In this document: piece by piece, positions 51,061 through 60,340 of the stretch
How positions within the stretch are numbered: position 1 is the first letter of the stretch
How the letters are laid out: each line of letters begins with the position of its first letter
DNA from: an uncultured Chloroflexia bacterium
GTDB lineage: Bacteria > Chloroflexota > UBA6077 > JACCZL01
Assembly: GCA_963765765.1 (NCBI GenBank)
Contig: CAVXYC010000030.1
Coordinates: 96,001 to 160,000, forward strand
Reading direction: 5' to 3'
Length of the DNA: 64,000 nt
Made by a program: the position numbers and the translations under genes
Notes under the pieces: model-generated
What the model saw: the letters and a program-made list of their open reading frames with translations, nothing else
What the model was told of the DNA's origin: nothing
Databases searched by the model: none

Positions 51061-52331
51061 GTATTGAGACGCGCCCGGGTGCCGCTGAGATTGCCGAAGC
51101 GATGAGCTCAACGTTGACGCCAAGCCCGATGAACGGCAAGGGACCGGGCGTCGATTCGTCGACCGCACCTCATACCCTGCGGATCAACATGGGACCGCAG
51201 CACCCCTCGACCCATGGTGTGCTGCGTCTAGAGCTCGAGCTGGATGGCGAGATCGTAGTCTCCTGCAAGCCCATCATCGGGTACTTGCACACCGGCACCG
51301 AAAAGACCATGGAGAACCTGACGTATCTCCAGGCGCTGACTGTGACGGATCGCCTTGACTACCTGAACCCGATGGGCAACAACCTGGCGTATTCGCTCGC
51401 TGTCGAGGCTCTGTTCGACTGCGAGATTCCCGAGCGCGCCATTATTGGTCGGGTTCTGCTGGCCGAGCTGACGCGACTAAACTCGCATCTCGTCTGGCTG
51501 GGCACTACCGGGATCGATCTGGGCGCCAGCTCCGTGCTGCTCTATACGTTTCGCGAGCGTGAGGTCCTACTGGACTTCTTCGAGTCGCTTAGCGGCGCGC
51601 GCATGATGACCAGCTTTATTCGGCCCGGTGGTCTGGCCGATGATTTCACCGAGGATTGGTTCCAGGGCGTAGGAAAATTTCTTGATGACCTGCCGGCCCG
51701 AATCGACGAGTACGAGGCGTTGTTAACTCACAATCCCCTCTTCAGGGACCGCATGGTGGGCATTGGTGTCCTGGATGGACAGCGTGCGCTCAGCATGGGG
51801 GTTACGGGTCCGATCCTGCGAGCCAGCGGCATATCGCACGATATTCGGAAGGCGCGTCCGTATTCGGGTTACGATCAATTTGACTTCCATGTTCCCGTGG
51901 GCTCCCACGGTGATGCGTATGACCGATATCTGGTGCGGATCGAGGAGATGCGCGAAAGCGTGAAGCTCTGTAAGCAAGCGATAGCCAAATTGCCCGTCGG
52001 CCCGGTAAAGACCTCCAATCGGAAGGTGATGCCACCACCGCGAGAAGAGCTCGGACAGTCTATGGAAGCGGTGATTCACCATTTCAAGCTGTGGACCGCC
52101 GGTATGACGCCTCCGGCTGGTGAAGCGTACATCCCCGTTGAGTCCCCTCGTGGAGAGCTGGGTTTCTATGTCGTTAGCGACGGTTCAAACAAAGCCGTGC
52201 GGGTGCGCGAGCGAGCCCCATCCTTCGCCAACCTGCAGGCGCTGCCGATCATGGCGCAAGGCGGCCTGGTAGCCGACCTCATCGCAATCATCGCTAGCAT
52301 CGACCCGGTCCTGGGGGAGATCGACCGCTAG
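51057..52331 (+). CDS. nuoD: NADH-quinone oxidoreductase subunit D
   Basis: NMGPQHPSTHGVLR, GYLHTG, DRLDY, ESPRGE, DPVLGEIDR. Confidence 0.97.
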   Translation: MSIETRPGAAEIAEAMSSTLTPSPMNGKGPGVDSSTAPHTLRINMGPQHPSTHGVLRLELELDGEIVVSCKPIIGYLHTGTEKTMENLTYLQALTVTDRLDYLNPMGNNLAYSLAVEALFDCEIPERAIIGRVLLAELTRLNSHLVWLGTTGIDLGASSVLLYTFREREVLLDFFESLSGARMMTSFIRPGGLADDFTEDWFQGVGKFLDDLPARIDEYEALLTHNPLFRDRMVGIGVLDGQRALSMGVTGPILRASGISHDIRKARPYSGYDQFDFHVPVGSHGDAYDRYLVRIEEMRESVKLCKQAIAKLPVGPVKTSNRKVMPPPREELGQSMEAVIHHFKLWTAGMTPPAGEAYIPVESPRGELGFYVVSDGSNKAVRVRERAPSFANLQALPIMAQGGLVADLIAIIASIDPVLGEIDR

Positions 52332-52334
52332 CCG

Positions 52335-52907
52335 ATGGCGATCCTATCTGAAACCACCGAGGCCAGAATCCGCACCGAGGTGGAACGCTATCACCCGCAT
52401 TATCGAACGGCACTCCTGCCGTCGTTGAAGCATGCCCAGGCGGAGATTGGCTGGCTGCCGGCCGAAGCCATAGCCAGGGTGGCGGATCTCGTCGGTGTTT
52501 CGCACGCCGCGGCGGCTGAGCTTGCGCAGTTCTACTCGATGCTCCACACCGAGAATCACGGCCGTGTGCACGTCGAGGTGTGCGTACAGGTGCCGTGCGC
52601 GGTGTCTGGAGCTGAGCGATTGCTGCGATGGCTCAGCGAAGAGCTGGACATTCCACCGGGCGAGACGACAGCCGAGGGTATTCGGCTGGAGCGCACGTCC
52701 GAGTGCTTCGGCTCCTGTCATCGAGCGCCGATGTGCAGGGTGAATGAGGACTATCACGAAAACCTGACTCGAGATTCGGCCCGCGAGCTCGCGAGCACGA
52801 TTCGGGCGCGGCTCCTGGCCGAGAATGCTGCCCTCCAGGGTGTTGGCGTCGGTCGCGCCACCTCGGGCTCCACACCGCAGGAAAATGACGGAGAGCTGAC
52901 GTGGTGA
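52335..52907 (+). CDS. nuoE: NADH-quinone oxidoreductase subunit E
   Basis: FYSM, CVQVPC..CFGSC..AP 2Fe-2S motif. Confidence 0.93.
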   Translation: MAILSETTEARIRTEVERYHPHYRTALLPSLKHAQAEIGWLPAEAIARVADLVGVSHAAAAELAQFYSMLHTENHGRVHVEVCVQVPCAVSGAERLLRWLSEELDIPPGETTAEGIRLERTSECFGSCHRAPMCRVNEDYHENLTRDSARELASTIRARLLAENAALQGVGVGRATSGSTPQENDGELTW

Positions 52908-54190
52908 TCGACTATCAGCCCGTGCTTATTCCCAATCAGGGCCGCCCGACGCCGCTCTCGCTGCAAGAGTATCGCGATAAGGGTGGGTACCAGGGGCTCG
53001 AGACGGCCCTGACCAAGATGACGCCCGATGAGGTTATCGACGAGGTCAAGGCGGCCGGATTGCGCGGTCGAGGCGGCGCGGGATTTCCGACTGGATCGAA
53101 ATGGAGCTTTGTTCCACGAGATCCCGGGCCCAAGTATCTGGCCGTGAACGCGGATGAGTCTGAGCCAGGAACATTCAAGGACCGCGAGATCATGGAAACC
53201 GAGCCGCACATGCTGCTCGAAGGCATTGCGATCTGCTGCTACGCCATTGGCGCTCAGACGGCGTTCATCTACATCCGCGGTGAGTATGTGGTGGCAGCCG
53301 ATCGGTTGGACGCGGCAATCGTTGAGGCAAGAGAAGCCGGATTGCTGGGCGAGGGCATACTAGGCACACAGACCAATCTCACGGTTCACGTGTTTCGTGG
53401 CGCGGGTGCTTATATCTGCGGCGAAGAGACGGCGTTGCTGGAGTCGCTGGAAGGCCGGCGACCCATGCCGCGCTCGCGGCCCCCCTTTCCGGCTGTCGAG
53501 GGCCTGTACCGTCGCCCCACGTGCGTCAACAACGTGGAGACACTGGCCAACGTGCCACACATTCTCGCCCGAGGTAGCGCCTGGTATCAGTCGGTGGGTG
53601 AGCCGCCCCAAAATACTGGCCCGAAGATCTTCTGCCTCTCCGGTACGGTGAATCGTCGCGGCAACTACGAGCTGCCGTTGGGTGCGGTTACCGTCCGCGA
53701 GTTGATCGAGGACTATGGCGGAGGTGTCCCGGAAGGTCGCAAGATCAAGGGCGTCCTGCCGGCCGGCGCTTCTGCGCCGATTCTGCCTGAGTCAGCGTTG
53801 GATGCCAAGCTCAGCTATGACGGCATTCGCGACGCCGGCTCCATGCTTGGCTCGGCCAGCTTCATCGTGCTGGATGAGTCGGTGTGCATCGTGCGCGCGG
53901 CCGCTCGCATGGTGGAGTTCTTCCGCAATGAATCCTGCGGCAAATGCACGCCTTGTCGAGAGGGGACCATGTGGCTGCATCAGGTGCTTCTGAGGCTTGA
54001 ACGCGGGCGGGGCACGGAAGCAGACCTGGATCTACTGTTGTCTCTCTCGGGCGAGGTGAGCGGCAAGGTGTTGTGCGCGCTCGGTGACTTCGCCACGAGT
54101 CCCGTGACGGCTACGATCAAGCACTTCCGCGATGAGTATCTTCAGCACTTCGAGCTGGGCCATTGTCCCTCCGAGGACTGGGCGAATTGA
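52901..54190 (+). CDS. nuoF: NADH-quinone oxidoreductase subunit F
   Basis: GLRGRGGAGFPTG, NADESEPGTFKDR, GAGAYICGEETAL, ESCGKCTPCREG. Confidence 0.97.
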   Translation: MVIDYQPVLIPNQGRPTPLSLQEYRDKGGYQGLETALTKMTPDEVIDEVKAAGLRGRGGAGFPTGSKWSFVPRDPGPKYLAVNADESEPGTFKDREIMETEPHMLLEGIAICCYAIGAQTAFIYIRGEYVVAADRLDAAIVEAREAGLLGEGILGTQTNLTVHVFRGAGAYICGEETALLESLEGRRPMPRSRPPFPAVEGLYRRPTCVNNVETLANVPHILARGSAWYQSVGEPPQNTGPKIFCLSGTVNRRGNYELPLGAVTVRELIEDYGGGVPEGRKIKGVLPAGASAPILPESALDAKLSYDGIRDAGSMLGSASFIVLDESVCIVRAAARMVEFFRNESCGKCTPCREGTMWLHQVLLRLERGRGTEADLDLLLSLSGEVSGKVLCALGDFATSPVTATIKHFRDEYLQHFELGHCPSEDWAN

Positions 54191-56064
54191 GCGACCTCGT
54201 TACGCTCACCATTAACGGGCGCGAAGTCCGGGTACCCAAGGGAACCTTGGTAGTCGAGGCCGCGAAGCAGGTCGGCATCGAGATTCCAGTGTTCTGTTAC
54301 CACCCGAAGCTCAAGCCTGTTGGCGCCTGCCGTATGTGCCTGGTTGAGATCGAAAAGATGCCCCGTCTCCAGACCGCCTGCACTTCGCCGGTGGCGGAGG
54401 GCATGGTAGTGACAACGACGTCCGATCAGGTCATTCAGGCGCAGACTGGTGTCATCGAGCTCCTGCTTGCCAATCATCCGCTGGACTGTCCGATCTGCGA
54501 CAAGGGTGGCGAATGCCCGTTGCAGGACAATACCTTCAACTTCGGTCTGGGCGTCAGCCGCTTCACCGAGGAGAAGCGGCAAGCCGAGAAGGCGTTCCCA
54601 CTTTCCGATCGCATTCTCCTGGATCGCGAGCGCTGCATCATGTGCTACCGTTGCGTGCGCTTCCATCAGGAGATTCCCGGCGACGAGTCCCTGGCCGCGA
54701 TCAATCGCGGCGGCCTCACGGTCATTGGCACGCTCGAAGGCGAGTCGTACGACTCGCTGTTTTCCGGGAACACTATCGATATCTGTCCTGTGGGAGCGCT
54801 GACCAGCCGACAGTATCGGTTTCGCGCGCGCCCATGGGATCTCGATCGGACGCCGTCCATCTGCTCGGGCTGTGCCGTGGGCTGCAATACCGAGATTCAC
54901 AGTCGCCGAGGCGACGTCCTGCGGCTCGTTCCGCGCGAGAACCTGGAAGTCAACGACGAGTGGCTGTGCGACGCGGGCAGGTTCGATTCGCTGCCGCCAC
55001 TCTCGGAGCATCGTCAGCTCGAGCCGATGGAGCGGGTTGACGGTCAGATGCGTGCGACGACCTGGGATCAGGCATTGGACCGCGCGGCCGACGTCATCCG
55101 CACCCAGGGTATAAGACTGGCCGTGGGGCCAGAAATCTCGAACGAGGCGATCTGGGTACTCGAAAAGATTCATACGGCGTTCGACGGTGAAAGGCAATCA
55201 ACGCCGACGAACCCCTGGGTCTTGCACGGGCGAATGGAGTCACTTGTTGGCTGCAAGCTCATCGTCCTCGTTGGCCTGGATCCGTGGACGGAATTACCGA
55301 TCCTGGCTCTCTGGCTTCGGAAAGCTGTGGCCGCCGGAGCAAGGCTCATCGTTATTGGCGCTGAGAACGGTCTGCAACGCGACACGGCGCACTGGATTCG
55401 AGTGCCGGCGGGCGAGGAGACGGCTGTATTGCAGAGACTCATGTCAGATCCCACAACTGTGAGTACGGAGCAAGCTATTCCAGATCCAAGCGTTCTGGAG
55501 GTCTTTCACGGACGTCCCGCGGCTGTGCTGGCTGGCGCTCGGATTGGACAGGATTCAGACGCGCTGGCTGCGACGCGCGCACTTGCAGAGCGGCTGGAGG
55601 CTGTCTTTGGTGATGCGCCGGTGGGCATTCCGTCCATTGGCGCAAATGCGCGCGGCCTACATGACCTTGCGCCCGAGATTCCGACAACCGCGGGCTCGGC
55701 TTGTACGCTACGGTTCGGAGATGGTGTCACGGGTCCACGCCCACTCAACGGCGAGTCAATACAGGCTGCCTACCGAGCCGGCGCGGGGGATGTAGGAAAC
55801 TTGGTCGTGCTGCTTCCCCTGGCGCATCCCTACGAGCAAGACGGATCGTTCACCAATCTGGAAGGTCGAGTGCAGCTGCTACGCGCCGGTGCCCGCATGC
55901 CGGGTCAGGCGCTGGCTGACTGGGAGCTCGCGGTGAGATTGGCGCAAAAACTCGATGTGCCGGTTCCGGCAGACCTCGAGTCCATTCGTGCCGATATAGC
56001 CGCGGCGCACGCCGACTATGGACGCACGCTGTTGAGACCGGTGCTGGAGCCGACGCGTGACTGA
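54187..56064 (+). CDS. nuoG: NADH-quinone oxidoreductase subunit G (short C-terminal part)
   Basis: [43 protein letters not shown]. Confidence 0.95.
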   Translation: MSDLVTLTINGREVRVPKGTLVVEAAKQVGIEIPVFCYHPKLKPVGACRMCLVEIEKMPRLQTACTSPVAEGMVVTTTSDQVIQAQTGVIELLLANHPLDCPICDKGGECPLQDNTFNFGLGVSRFTEEKRQAEKAFPLSDRILLDRERCIMCYRCVRFHQEIPGDESLAAINRGGLTVIGTLEGESYDSLFSGNTIDICPVGALTSRQYRFRARPWDLDRTPSICSGCAVGCNTEIHSRRGDVLRLVPRENLEVNDEWLCDAGRFDSLPPLSEHRQLEPMERVDGQMRATTWDQALDRAADVIRTQGIRLAVGPEISNEAIWVLEKIHTAFDGERQSTPTNPWVLHGRMESLVGCKLIVLVGLDPWTELPILALWLRKAVAAGARLIVIGAENGLQRDTAHWIRVPAGEETAVLQRLMSDPTTVSTEQAIPDPSVLEVFHGRPAAVLAGARIGQDSDALAATRALAERLEAVFGDAPVGIPSIGANARGLHDLAPEIPTTAGSACTLRFGDGVTGPRPLNGESIQAAYRAGAGDVGNLVVLLPLAHPYEQDGSFTNLEGRVQLLRAGARMPGQALADWELAVRLAQKLDVPVPADLESIRADIAAAHADYGRTLLRPVLEPTRD

Positions 56065-57040
56065 GCTGGCCATCGATGTTATCCGCTCGGCTGTGCTCAT
56101 TCTGATGCTGCTCACGGGCATGGCGTACATGACGCTCTTTGAGCGGCGTGTCATCAGTCGAATGCAGGTCCGACTCGGTCCGAATCGCACCGGCCCATCG
56201 GGCTTGCTGCAGCCACTCGCGGATGCGCTCAAGCTGTTTTTCAAGGAAGACGTCGTCCCGGCAGCGGCGGATCGTTTGATCTACCCGATCGCGCCGGCGC
56301 TTGCGCTCATCGCAGCGCTCGCTTCATTCGCGGTTATCCCGTTGGGCCCACCGGTTGAGCTTGGCGGTGTGACGATCGCCCCGCAAATTGTCGATCTCCC
56401 GGTCAGCGTGCTCTATCTCATTGGCGCCAGCAGCCTTGGAGTGTACGGGGTCGTGTTCGGCGGATGGGCATCAGGCTCAAAGTACTCGCTTCTGGGCGGT
56501 TTACGCGCGGCCGCGCAAGTCGTTTCTTACGAGCTGATCCTAGGGCTTGCTGTCGTTGGCGTGGTGATGATCAGCGGCACGCTGGCTCTAGGGGGGATCG
56601 TCGATGCGCAGTCGCGCTCTGTCTGGTACATCCTGCTCCAACCGCTAGGATTCGCGCTGTACTTCATCGGCGCCGTGGCAGAGGTAAACCGTGCGCCGTT
56701 CGATTTACCTGAGGCAGAGACCGAGCTGGTGGCCGGCTATCACACGGAATATAGCGGGATGCGCTTTGCGATGTATTACATCGCCGAGTACGTCAACATG
56801 ATTACGGTCTCCGCCGTGGCGGCGACGCTCTTCCTGGGTGGTTGGCTGGGACCCTTTGTACCCGGCCCGCATTGGCTGCTGTTAAAGATGTTGGCGTTTC
56901 TCTTCTTGTTCGTCTGGCTGCGCGCGACACTGCCGCGGCTTCGCTATGACCAGTTGATGGGGCTTTCCTGGTCGGTACTCTTGCCGCTTGGACTGCTGAA
57001 CGTGGCACTAACGGCGCTGGCCGTTGCCGCGTTCGGTTAG
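56057..57040 (+). CDS. nuoH: NADH-quinone oxidoreductase subunit H
   Basis: [48 protein letters not shown]. Confidence 0.97.
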   Translation: MTELAIDVIRSAVLILMLLTGMAYMTLFERRVISRMQVRLGPNRTGPSGLLQPLADALKLFFKEDVVPAAADRLIYPIAPALALIAALASFAVIPLGPPVELGGVTIAPQIVDLPVSVLYLIGASSLGVYGVVFGGWASGSKYSLLGGLRAAAQVVSYELILGLAVVGVVMISGTLALGGIVDAQSRSVWYILLQPLGFALYFIGAVAEVNRAPFDLPEAETELVAGYHTEYSGMRFAMYYIAEYVNMITVSAVAATLFLGGWLGPFVPGPHWLLLKMLAFLFLFVWLRATLPRLRYDQLMGLSWSVLLPLGLLNVALTALAVAAFG

Positions 57041-57054
57041 AAGGAGAACAGCTC

Positions 57055-57630
57055 GTGTTGCTGGATAGTGTGCGCGCGGTCGCACTCGGCTTCTGGACAA
57101 CGCTCAAGCACACGCTGCGGCCCCCGGTCACGCTGTCATATCCGGAAGTCAAGCGCCAGCCGGCACTCAAGTTCCGCGGACGGCACCGACTTTATGCCAC
57201 TGAAGATGGATTGGAGCGCTGCATCGGCTGCGAGCTCTGTGCGGGGGCATGCCCGTCGCAGGCGATCCTCGTTGAAGCCGAAGAGAACGATCCCGAACAT
57301 CCGGTATCACCCGGTGAGCGTTACGCGCGACGGTACGAAATCAACATGATTCGCTGCATCTTCTGCGGTTACTGCGAGGAAGCGTGCCCTGTGGATGCCA
57401 TCAAGCTGGGGCCGGAGTACGAGCTCTCCGATTTCAACCGTGAGAGCTTTATCTACACCAAAGAGATGCTGCTGGACCCCGAGAAGTACGCTCCTCGCAA
57501 CCAGTATCACGCGGACGTGGACCGCTCTATCGACGAGCGCGGCGTCCACACGACGCTTCTCGAGACATACCGCAAGCACTATCCCAGCAGTACATATGAG
57601 GACGCTCCTGAGGCGAGGGAGCGGCGCTAG
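57055..57630 (+). CDS. nuoI: NADH-quinone oxidoreductase subunit I
   Basis: CIGCELCAGACP and CIFCGYCEEACP. Confidence 0.97.
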   Translation: MLLDSVRAVALGFWTTLKHTLRPPVTLSYPEVKRQPALKFRGRHRLYATEDGLERCIGCELCAGACPSQAILVEAEENDPEHPVSPGERYARRYEINMIRCIFCGYCEEACPVDAIKLGPEYELSDFNRESFIYTKEMLLDPEKYAPRNQYHADVDRSIDERGVHTTLLETYRKHYPSSTYEDAPEARERR

Positions 57631-57631
57631 C

Positions 57632-58127
57632 TTGCAGGACCTTTTCGTCCCCGCGGCGATCGTCGCGGCGCTGACTATCGCCGGGGCCCTTGGCGTTGTG
57701 CTTTCTCGCCGACCAGTGCACGCTGCCCTGGCGCTGCTGGGACACACCCTGGGTCTCGCCGGTTTATTCCTGGTGCTCTCAGCGGAGCTCGTGGCGATGG
57801 GGCAAATCGTGATTTACTCTGGCGCCATCGTGGTGCTTTTCCTTTTTGTTGTGGCGCTGCTTCCAACAGGCGGATTCGATGGGCGCGTTTGTCTCCGGTC
57901 GCGCTGCTTCGGCGTTGGTCATGGTGGCTATCGTTCTCGGGACGCTGGGCGTGGTGATCGGAGTGGGCGCCCCTGTGGCGGCGGCGACGACAGATCACTC
58001 CGTTGAATCGGTTGGTCGCGCACTGTTTGACCAGCTCATTGTCGCATTTGAGCTCACCGCACCCCTGCTCCTCGTGGCAGTGATTGGCGCCGTGGTGATC
58101 TGGCGCCGGCAGGAGCGGGTGCGATGA
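57632..58127 (+). CDS. nuoJ: NADH-quinone oxidoreductase subunit J, indel near 57880
   Basis: PVHAAL, QIVIYSGAIVVLFLFVV, then FEL..LLLVAVIGAV in a second frame. Confidence 0.92.
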
Positions 58128-58169
58128 GGGTTGCAACATCGCGGCTAGTCAGTTCAATGGTCGTCTCAA

Positions 58170-58472
58170 TTGACCACTGAAAACCTCCTCCTCACCACCT
58201 CCGCGATTCTCTTCGCGATCGGTATCGGAGGTGTCCTCTATCGCCGCAATCCGATCTCGCTGCTCATGTCGATCGAGGTCATGCTCAACGCGGCCAATCT
58301 CCTCATTGTCCTTGGTGCTCGGGTGCATGGCGCTGCGACCGGGCAAGCCGTGGCGCTGATTGTCTTGGTGGTTGCGGCCACCGAGGCCGTTGTGGGCCTG
58401 GCGATCGCATTGGCGCTCTTCCGCGATCGTGAGGGCGCTGACATCGATGAGCCCAGCGAGGTACACGGTTGA
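58170..58472 (+). CDS. nuoK: NADH-quinone oxidoreductase subunit K
   Basis: RRN..LMSIEVMLNAANL, VAATEAVVGLA. Confidence 0.96.
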   Translation: MTTENLLLTTSAILFAIGIGGVLYRRNPISLLMSIEVMLNAANLLIVLGARVHGAATGQAVALIVLVVAATEAVVGLAIALALFRDREGADIDEPSEVHG

Positions 58473-60186
58473 GCGGATTGCTCCTCTGGGGCTGGCTGTT
58501 CACGTTGCCCGGTCTGCTTCTTACAGCGTCAGGTTTAGGGCGGCCGAAAGGTGTTTTGAGCGTGCCGGGCCCGGCGCGGTGCTTGGTCTCGTGGCGTTGG
58601 TGGCACTCGTTTCCGGCGGTGGCGCGGAGGCGCGCTTTCCCGACTGGCTGCCATTCCTGCCCGACGGCGCGTTCCATCTGCGCGCCGATTCCCTGGCGGC
58701 GGCGATGCTGACAGTTGTGGGACTTGTCTCTACCGCGGTTTACGTCTACTCACTCGGATACATGAAGGGCGACCCTGGCCAGGCGCGCTATTTTGCTTTC
58801 CTGGACCTGTTCTTGGCGGCCATGACGCTCCTGGTTCTCGGCGGTAATCTGGCTGTTTTGCTCATTGGTTGGGCGGGCGTGGGTCTGACAAGCTTCCTGT
58901 TGATCTCATTCTGGAATAGCAGACCTGATAGTCAGGATAGGCCGTTGAAGGCTGGGCTCCAGGCGCTTACGGCGAACGCGATAGGCGACGCTGCCCTGAT
59001 GCTGGCGATCGTGCTATTGCCGGTTGGCTGCGGCGACTTGACAACGCTGCAGACCGGCCAATGCACGGCGGGTCTGGCGGGCCCGGGATTGCTCGGAGCT
59101 CTCATTCTCATTGGTGCCTGCGCGAAGTCAGCTCAGGGGCCGCTCTACTTCTGGCTACCTAGCGCGATGGCGGGTCCCACGCCAGTGAGCGCACTCATCC
59201 ACGCAGCCACAATGGTCGCCGCGGGTGTGTATCTCCTGGTGCGGACCTCGCCGCTACTGGCACTCTCCCAGTCGATACTCAACGCGACCCTTATCCTGGG
59301 TGTCGCGACGGCTATCCTGGCAGCCTTAATCAGCCTTTTCCAGGGCAACTTCAAACGCAGTCTGGCGTACTCAACCGTGAGCCAGCTCGGGTTCATGTTC
59401 GCGGCGATTGGCCTCGGTGCGCCGTTCGCGGCGTTCTTTCACCTGGTGACGCATGCCTCGTTCAAGGCGCTTCTATTTCTCTCAGCCGGAAATGTCATTC
59501 ACTATAGAAACGGCGAAGAGCAGCTTGCGAATCTCGGCGGTCTGCGACGCGCGCTCCCATGGGCTTACGCGGGCTTTCTCATCGGCTCGCTGGCGTTGAT
59601 CGGCGTTCCTTTCACTGCCGGCGCATTCAGTAAGGACGCAATTTTGGACGCTGCGCTGCAACGAGGGCCGATAGTGGCCTGGCTCCTCGCGGGAGCCACC
59701 CTCCTTTCCGGTTTGTACAGCGGCCGCTTGTTCTTCGGCGTGTTCCACGGGCCTGAGTCCCAGCAGCATGCGGGTGAAGGGCACTATGAGACTGAGCCCG
59801 CGACCATGCGCTGGCCACTCGTTCCCCTGGCTGCCGGTGCCCTCTTGCTTGGCTACCTCGAATGGCCGAACGCAATTCTGAGTCAGCTACTCGCTGGCGC
59901 TGTGGAACATGCGGAGCCGGTTTCCGCCATCAGCCCAATCGGATTGGCGGCATTCGCGCTCGGGATAGTCGGCTTTGGTGCTGCCGCCTTTTGGCGCGGA
60001 AAAGTCGTATCTTCGATTTCCACCGAAGCGGAGCCCGTTGGCGTTCGCTGGGTGGAGCCAATCGCAGCGGCTGCGGAAGGTATCTCGCGCTCGCTCGCCA
60101 GTGTTCACAGCGGTCATCTGGGCCGATATCTGCTCGCCTCACTCATCGGCATCGTGGCGATCGTCTGGATTGGACTGCGAGGATGA
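58469..60186 (+). CDS. nuoL: NADH-quinone oxidoreductase subunit L, atypical (short lateral helix; indel near 58580)
   Basis: YSLGYM, KSAQ.PL..WLP.AMAGPTPVSALIHAATMV, AYSTVSQLG, FHL.THA.FKA, FSKD, C-terminal SG.L.RY TM. Confidence 0.93.
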
Positions 60187-60196
60187 GGCGGATATT

Positions 60197-60299
60197 CTGT
60201 GGTCTGCGGCGGCCTTCGCCGCCTTTCCGAGAGGCTGGAAGCCGGCCACGACGAGGCTCCACTTGTCAAAAGTGCGGCGAAAACCGTCGCAGTCCAAAA
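60197..60299. repeat. Palindromic REP-like element at the nuoM position, inside an 11-bp direct repeat
   Basis: GGTCTGCGGCGGCCTTCGCCGCCTTT ... AAAGTGCGGCGAAAACCGTCGCAGTCC; TGCGAGGATGA at 60176-60186 and 60305-60315. Confidence 0.78.
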
Positions 60300-60340
60300 T
60301 TGGGTGCGAGGATGATCGCGTTCCCGAGAGTAGCCTCATA

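Noticed and set aside
59975-60340. The 412-aa ORF 59975-61213 as a hidden NuoM
   Set aside because: Its 5' part is an off-frame overlap of nuoL plus the repeat, its middle is the NuoN N-terminus, and its 3' part is off-frame; no NuoM motifs
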